Part shown: piece by piece, positions 56,223 through 64,000 of the stretch
Layout: each line of letters opens with the position of its first letter
How positions within the stretch are numbered: position 1 is the first letter of the stretch
DNA from: the human T2T-CHM13v2.0 reference genome, Homo sapiens
Assembly: GCF_009914755.1 (NCBI RefSeq)
Contig: NC_060941.1
Strand: one strand, 5' to 3'
Length of the DNA: 64,000 bases
Made by a program: the position numbers and the translations under genes
The notes under the pieces: model-generated
Told to the model about the DNA's origin: nothing
The model's database searches: none
The model's input: the letters and a program-made list of their open reading frames with translations, nothing else

Positions 56223-56316
56223 CCCGAGAGCTGGTCCCTCCAGGTCAGGGTTGGGACACAGTGGCACGGGGTGGCTGTGGGTGGCTTGCACTGCCGCTGC
56301 CCGTGCTGTATCTGTT
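56223..56316 (-). other. JMJD6: Candidate JMJD6 poison cassette exon in intron 4 (acceptors giving starts at 56316 or 56311)
   Basis: Acceptor ctcctctgtttatccacag|aacag|. Donor GGG|GTAAGA. Both lengths (94, 89 nt) lead to premature stops. Confidence 0.65.
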
Positions 56317-56756
56317 CTGTGGATAAACAGAGGAGCTAAGTCTCCAGGGCAGTCACCTCACTCACAAGAACTGAAGGTATTAAGTTCAAATGGGAATAAT
56401 GCTTCTAGGTAAGAAAAAGAAACAACCCAAATAAAACCCAAATAAAATGATTTTAGCTAGCGCTAGCTTTGAAAAACAAAACACAAAACAAAACGAGAAA
56501 CAATCCCAATTATGACGTCTTGACTGAGTGGCTTGGATTCAACATGCAGAGTCTCACCCTGCCACCTCGAGGCTGGCGAACACCCTGAGGACTTGCCCTG
56601 ACCTTGGCCCCTCTCTCCTCTACCCAGAGGGTCGGCAGCCCCAGCTTTGCCCAGGCCTGTGTACGATCAGCACACATCATCGCAGCAGTGGACTAGCCAT
56701 TTTATCTCTGGGGTCGAAATTGAAACCAAGCAGAAATAAGAAAAAAATGACTCTCA

Positions 56757-56915
<159 letters not shown>

Positions 56916-57504
56916 TTAAACAAGGTTTGATCCTATACCTAATTACTGTATAACACACACACCAGAAATTGGGAACTCCTACCCATAAGGGAGAGCCTAC
57001 AGAGACATGATACAGGGTAGTTCCTTCTGATCTAGGGATTGCAAACAACTTGTTTGTGTAAATCAAGTTTTATCGGAGCACAGCCATGCCCACCTGGTGA
57101 CGGATTGTCTAGGGCTGCTTTCCAGCTACAAGGCCAGAGTTGAGCAGTTGTGACAGTCTGGCTTACCTAAAATATTGACTCCCCGGCCCTTTATAGAAAA
57201 AGTTTGTTTACTCCTGTTAATCCAAAGCTATGACCAAAAGTGCAAAAGCATAAAGTTCTTCAGCCTCTACGAAGAGGACACCTACTTTAAATACACTTAC
57301 CTTACTTTCCTTCACTTATCAAAGCGCAGTTGTCTGGTGTGGGATTTCCTGACTCAACACGGACAGTGCTATACTGCATCAAAAACCCAATTTAGGCTGC
57401 GCTTGGTGGTTCACACCTGCAATCCCAGCACTTTGGGAGGCTGAGGCAGGAGGCTTGTTTGAACCAAGGAGGCCAGCCTGGGTAACAGTGAGACCTCCAA
57501 TTCA

Positions 57505-57922
<418 letters not shown>

Positions 57923-58697
57923 TTACATACAATTTTTTTTTTTTTTTGAAATGGAGTTTTGCTCTGTCACCCAGGCTGGAGTGCAGTGACACAATCTCAG
58001 CTCACTGCAGCCTCCTCTTCCGGATTCAAGTGATTCTCCTGCCTCAGCCTCCTGAGTAGCTGGGATTACAGGCGCCCGCCACCACGCCTGATTAATTTTT
58101 GTATTATTAGTAGAGACAGGGTTTCACCATGTTGGCCAGGCTGATCTTGAACTCCCGACCTCAAGTGATCCACCCACTTCGGCCTCCCAAAGTGCTGATA
58201 TTACAGGTGTGAGCCACCGCACCGGGCCTGCATACAGTTTATCAGGTTTTATAGCCATATAAAATGTGAACAAGAGCTCCCAAAGTATGTGACACTATAG
58301 CTACATGTTACTGTCAGAGGTGAGTACCAGTTCATTTACCAGGCAGCATCCAAAGGATTTTTTGGACTCACTCTCTAACAGTTCTGCTCCAAAATGACAA
58401 AATATTGAAATCAAAGAATGTACTTTCTTTTTTTTTTTTTGAGATGGAGTCTCACTCTGTCACCCTGGCTGGAGTGCAGTGGCACGATCTAGACTCACTG
58501 CAACCTTCGCCACCTGGGTTCACGTGATTCTCCTGCCTCAGCCTCCCGAGTGGCTGGGACTATAGGCGCCCACCACCACGCCCGGCTAATTTTTTTGTAT
58601 TTTTAGTAGAGACGGGGTTTCACCGTGTTAGCAAGGATGGTCTCGATCTCCTGACCTCGTGATCTGCCCGCCTCAGCCTCCCAAAGTGCTGGGATTA

Positions 58698-59111
<414 letters not shown>

Positions 59112-59597
59112 TTAGTTTTTCTTTGAGAGTCTTGCTCTATCACCCAGGCTGGAATGCAGTGGCGTGATCTTGGCTGACAGTAACCTCTGCTTCCCCAGGT
59201 TCATGTGATTCTCCTGCCTTAGCCTCCTGAGTAGCTGGGATTACCGACGCACACCACCACGCCTGGCTAATTTTTGTATTTTTAGTAGAGACAGGGTTTC
59301 ACCATGTTGCCTAGGCTGGTCTCGAACTCCTGGCCTCAAGTGATCACCTGCCTCGGCCTCCCAAAGTGCTGGAATAACAGGCTTGAGCCACCGCACCTGG
59401 CCAGGTTTTAATTTTATGTGATATGTCATCTTTATTTCAGAGATTATATAAATTCTGGTACACAGAAACACTGGGTGCATTGTTCATGGACTGATTCCTA
59501 ACAAAATAAGAAAAATCAGCTGGGGCGGTAGCTCACGCCTGTAATCCCAGCACTTTGGGAGGCAGAGGTGGGTGCATCACCTGAGGTCAGGAGTTCA

Positions 59598-59857
<260 letters not shown>

Positions 59858-59877
59858 TTATTAAAACCTCCCTTAGA

Positions 59878-60043
59878 GATCAGTGCTTCAACCATAGCTG
59901 CACATTCAAGTCACCTGAAGAGCTTTCAGAAATTCTGATGCGCAGGCATCACCCGAATTAAATCAGTCTCCCCAGTAGGGCCCAGGCAGGCCTCAGGAGC
60001 CCCCTAAGTGAGTTCAATGTACAGCCGAGGGAGTACTCACTGT
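59878..60043 (+). mobile_element. MER5A-like hAT DNA transposon relic
   Basis: cagtgcttcaaccatagctgcacattcaagtcacctgaagagcttt...ttcaatgtacagccg...cactg. Confidence 0.65.
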
Positions 60044-60448
60044 TTCCAAAAAAGATTAGCAACTGAACTCAGCGAGCAAATGCTGTTGTAGATAAGATTT
60101 TAACCACAGGCCGGGCGCGGTGGCTCACACCTGCAATCGCAGCACTTTGGGAGGCCGAGGCGGGCAGATCACCTGAAGTCGGGAGTTCGAGACCAGCCTG
60201 ACCAACATGGTGAAACCCCGTCTCTACTAAAAATACAAAATTAGCTGGGTGTGGTGGCGCATGCCTGTAATCCCAGTTACAGGAGGCTGAGGCAGGAGAA
60301 GCGCTTGAACTCGGGAGATGGAGGTTGCTGTGAGCCGAGATCGCACCACGGCACTGCAGCCTGGGCTACAAGAGTGACGCTCTGTCTCAAAAAAAAAAAA
60401 AAAAAAAAAAAGAAAAGGATTTTAACCACTTAGCTGCAGAATACTTTA

Positions 60449-60847
<399 letters not shown>

Positions 60848-61086
60848 TTAAAAAAGACCTGTCCAGTTAAAAAAAAAAAAAAAGTCCAGTGGCAGATAAG
60901 GGTGTCCCCAAGGCCAACTGGTAATGACAAACCGAAGGAAGTTGACTCTCGTCTGGCTCCTCCGGGGTGGGGGCAGGGCGCGTGCGTGAGGCCACGTCGT
61001 TCCTAGAGCCACCCCCCATGAGCCTTGACAGCCAGGTCCCCTAGGGGACCCGCCGCCCAAAGGAGTCAGGGACGACGGGCCTTCTA

Positions 61087-61572
<486 letters not shown>

Positions 61573-61799
61573 TCAGTCCCGGCGCCTTTAAAGTCGCCTT
61601 CCAGAAAATTCACTCCCCAGCCACCTCCCGAGCCTCGGGTTGGGCAAGCGGCCGCCGTCTTCCCCGCCCCGACGCCTCTCGCGGTTTTCCATTGGCTTTG
61701 GCTCCCCTGGGGTACTCCTTCACATACGGCGGGCCTCCGCCATGTTGGGAAGGTCACGTCGGCTGCGTCACCGCCCCGCCCCGCCCCGCCCCTCCCCTC

Positions 61800-62161
61800 C
61801 CGCGCTGCCGCTGTGCCCATCACTTCCGGTCGCGCCAGCCGCCCGTTGCCAGTTCTGCGCGTGTGAGTCTCTTTCGCCTTGCTCCGGGCTTTCTTCGCTC
61901 GCAGCGCGGCAGGGTTATCACCAGATCTGGGCTTTCCCCTTCTTGCCGTCAGGTGCTACGGCCACGTGGCCCGCGGCTTCCCGCTCGCGCAGTCTGGCAG
62001 CCCGGAGCCTTCCGCGGTCCCCCGCCCGCCCGGGGCCCAACGACGCCCTACTGGGCGAGCACGATTTCCGAGGACAGGGGGTCCGGGCCCAGCGCTTTCG
62101 ATTCTCGGAGGAGCCGGGTCCGGGGGCCGACGGGGCTGTCCTGGAGGTCCACGTCCCGCAG
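61800..62161 (+). other. METTL23: METTL23 first exon (start approximate; alternative donors after 61862, 61952 and 62161)
   Basis: Lies head-to-head with JMJD6 (known gene order). Donor CAG|GTGCGT at 62161. Frame reads ...FRFSEEPGPGADGAVLEVHVPQ, resembling METTL23 N-terminal sequence as I recall it from other mammals. Downstream exons are outside the window. Confidence 0.8.
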
Positions 62162-63050
62162 GTGCGTGCAGCAGCACCCGCCAGGAGGCGCCTGAGGTCA
62201 GGAGCGGATGTCGGCTGACTTGGCTGGGTTCCTGAGGGACCGGGGGTGCGGACGCTCAGCTGCGCAGCTTCCTGCTTTAGGTTGACCCCCGGAGCAAAAA
62301 CGTCGGATATGAAGCCCTTCGGTGCATTAAATGTCTCTCAGTAAGAATTTTGGAGACCCTGCCAAGAAGTGACCCTGGTCACTATGTTGGTCAGGCTGGT
62401 CTCGAACTGTAAGCTTAAGTGATCCTCCTGCCTCGGCCTCCCAAAGTGCTAGGATTACAGGCATGAGCCACTGCGCCGGGCCGGCTTTCTCCACATCGAA
62501 TCTTTCCTGCCAGGAAAGTGACATTCTTGACTGACCTCTAATGCTTCTTTTGATCTTGTCCAAGGGTTTCTTGATTCATCCTTATCTCTCACTTTTGTGT
62601 GAGTTTTGGGATCAGGGTTTCCAGTTTTATTTGGTGCCCAAAGTGTTTCTTGGGTTGGACCTCGCTTCTTCCTCTAAGCTCACAGCTACAACAAAACTCT
62701 CAATAATAATTCTTTTTCTTTTCTTTTTTTTGAGACACTGTCTCGCTCTGGCGCCCAGGCTGGAGCGCAGTGGCGCGATCACAGCTCACTGCAACCTCCA
62801 ACTCCCGGATTCAAGTGATCCTCCCGCCTGCCTAAGTGCTGGGATTGCAGGAGTGAGCCACCATGCCCTGCCTGTCTTCGGTTTTTCAAAGCACTTTCAC
62901 TTTGCAGTATTTCATTTGGTTTTAACACCAGCCTGTGAGGCATGTCCCATGCTAAAGAAACAGCTTTAGAGAAGTTAAATGGGAGGCGGAGGCGGGAGGA
63001 TCGCTTGGGACCAGGAGTTCCAGACCAGCCTGGGCAATATAGTGATACTA

Positions 63051-63185
<135 letters not shown>

Positions 63186-63349
63186 TCAGGCATGAGCAAC
63201 AGAGCAAGACATTGTCAAGAAGAAAAAAAAAAAAAAAGACTGGAGTGGAGGCTATTTCTGATTGTTTCCAAACAGCTTCACTTTTTTTTGCTAACTGCAA
63301 CCTCAACCTCTGGGCTCAAGTGATCCTCCCACCTCAGCCTTTCAAGTAA

Positions 63350-63969
<620 letters not shown>

Positions 63970-64000
63970 TAGAGACGGGGTTTCACCGCGTTAGCCAGGA

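Overview
Human (primate) genomic DNA from the MXRA7-JMJD6-METTL23 locus, which I recognise as chr17q25. It is very Alu-dense and also carries old L1M, MLT/MER21/LTR16 and MER5/MER58 relics. Minus strand: the whole MXRA7 gene (3 shared coding exons plus 3 alternative C-terminal exons giving 170, 177 and 204 aa proteins) and the whole JMJD6 gene (6 coding exons, 403 aa; an alternative 7th exon gives 414 aa). Plus strand: the first exon of METTL23, sharing a bidirectional CpG-island promoter with JMJD6. Also present are a hY4 RNA retrocopy, a 28x21-bp VNTR and a ~120-bp (TA)n/TACG repeat. Main leads: (1) an AUG-less open frame through METTL23 exon 1 suggesting a non-AUG N-terminal extension; (2) an unexplained, phase-compatible chain of three plus-strand exons at 5.6-6.8 kb beside an orphan CCAAT-box promoter; (3) a stop-codon cassette exon giving MXRA7 a PDZ-type C-terminus just inside the NMD-escape window; (4) poison exons and a dual-frame last exon in JMJD6. 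Most ORFs in the supplied track are Alu-derived or GC-rich noise.
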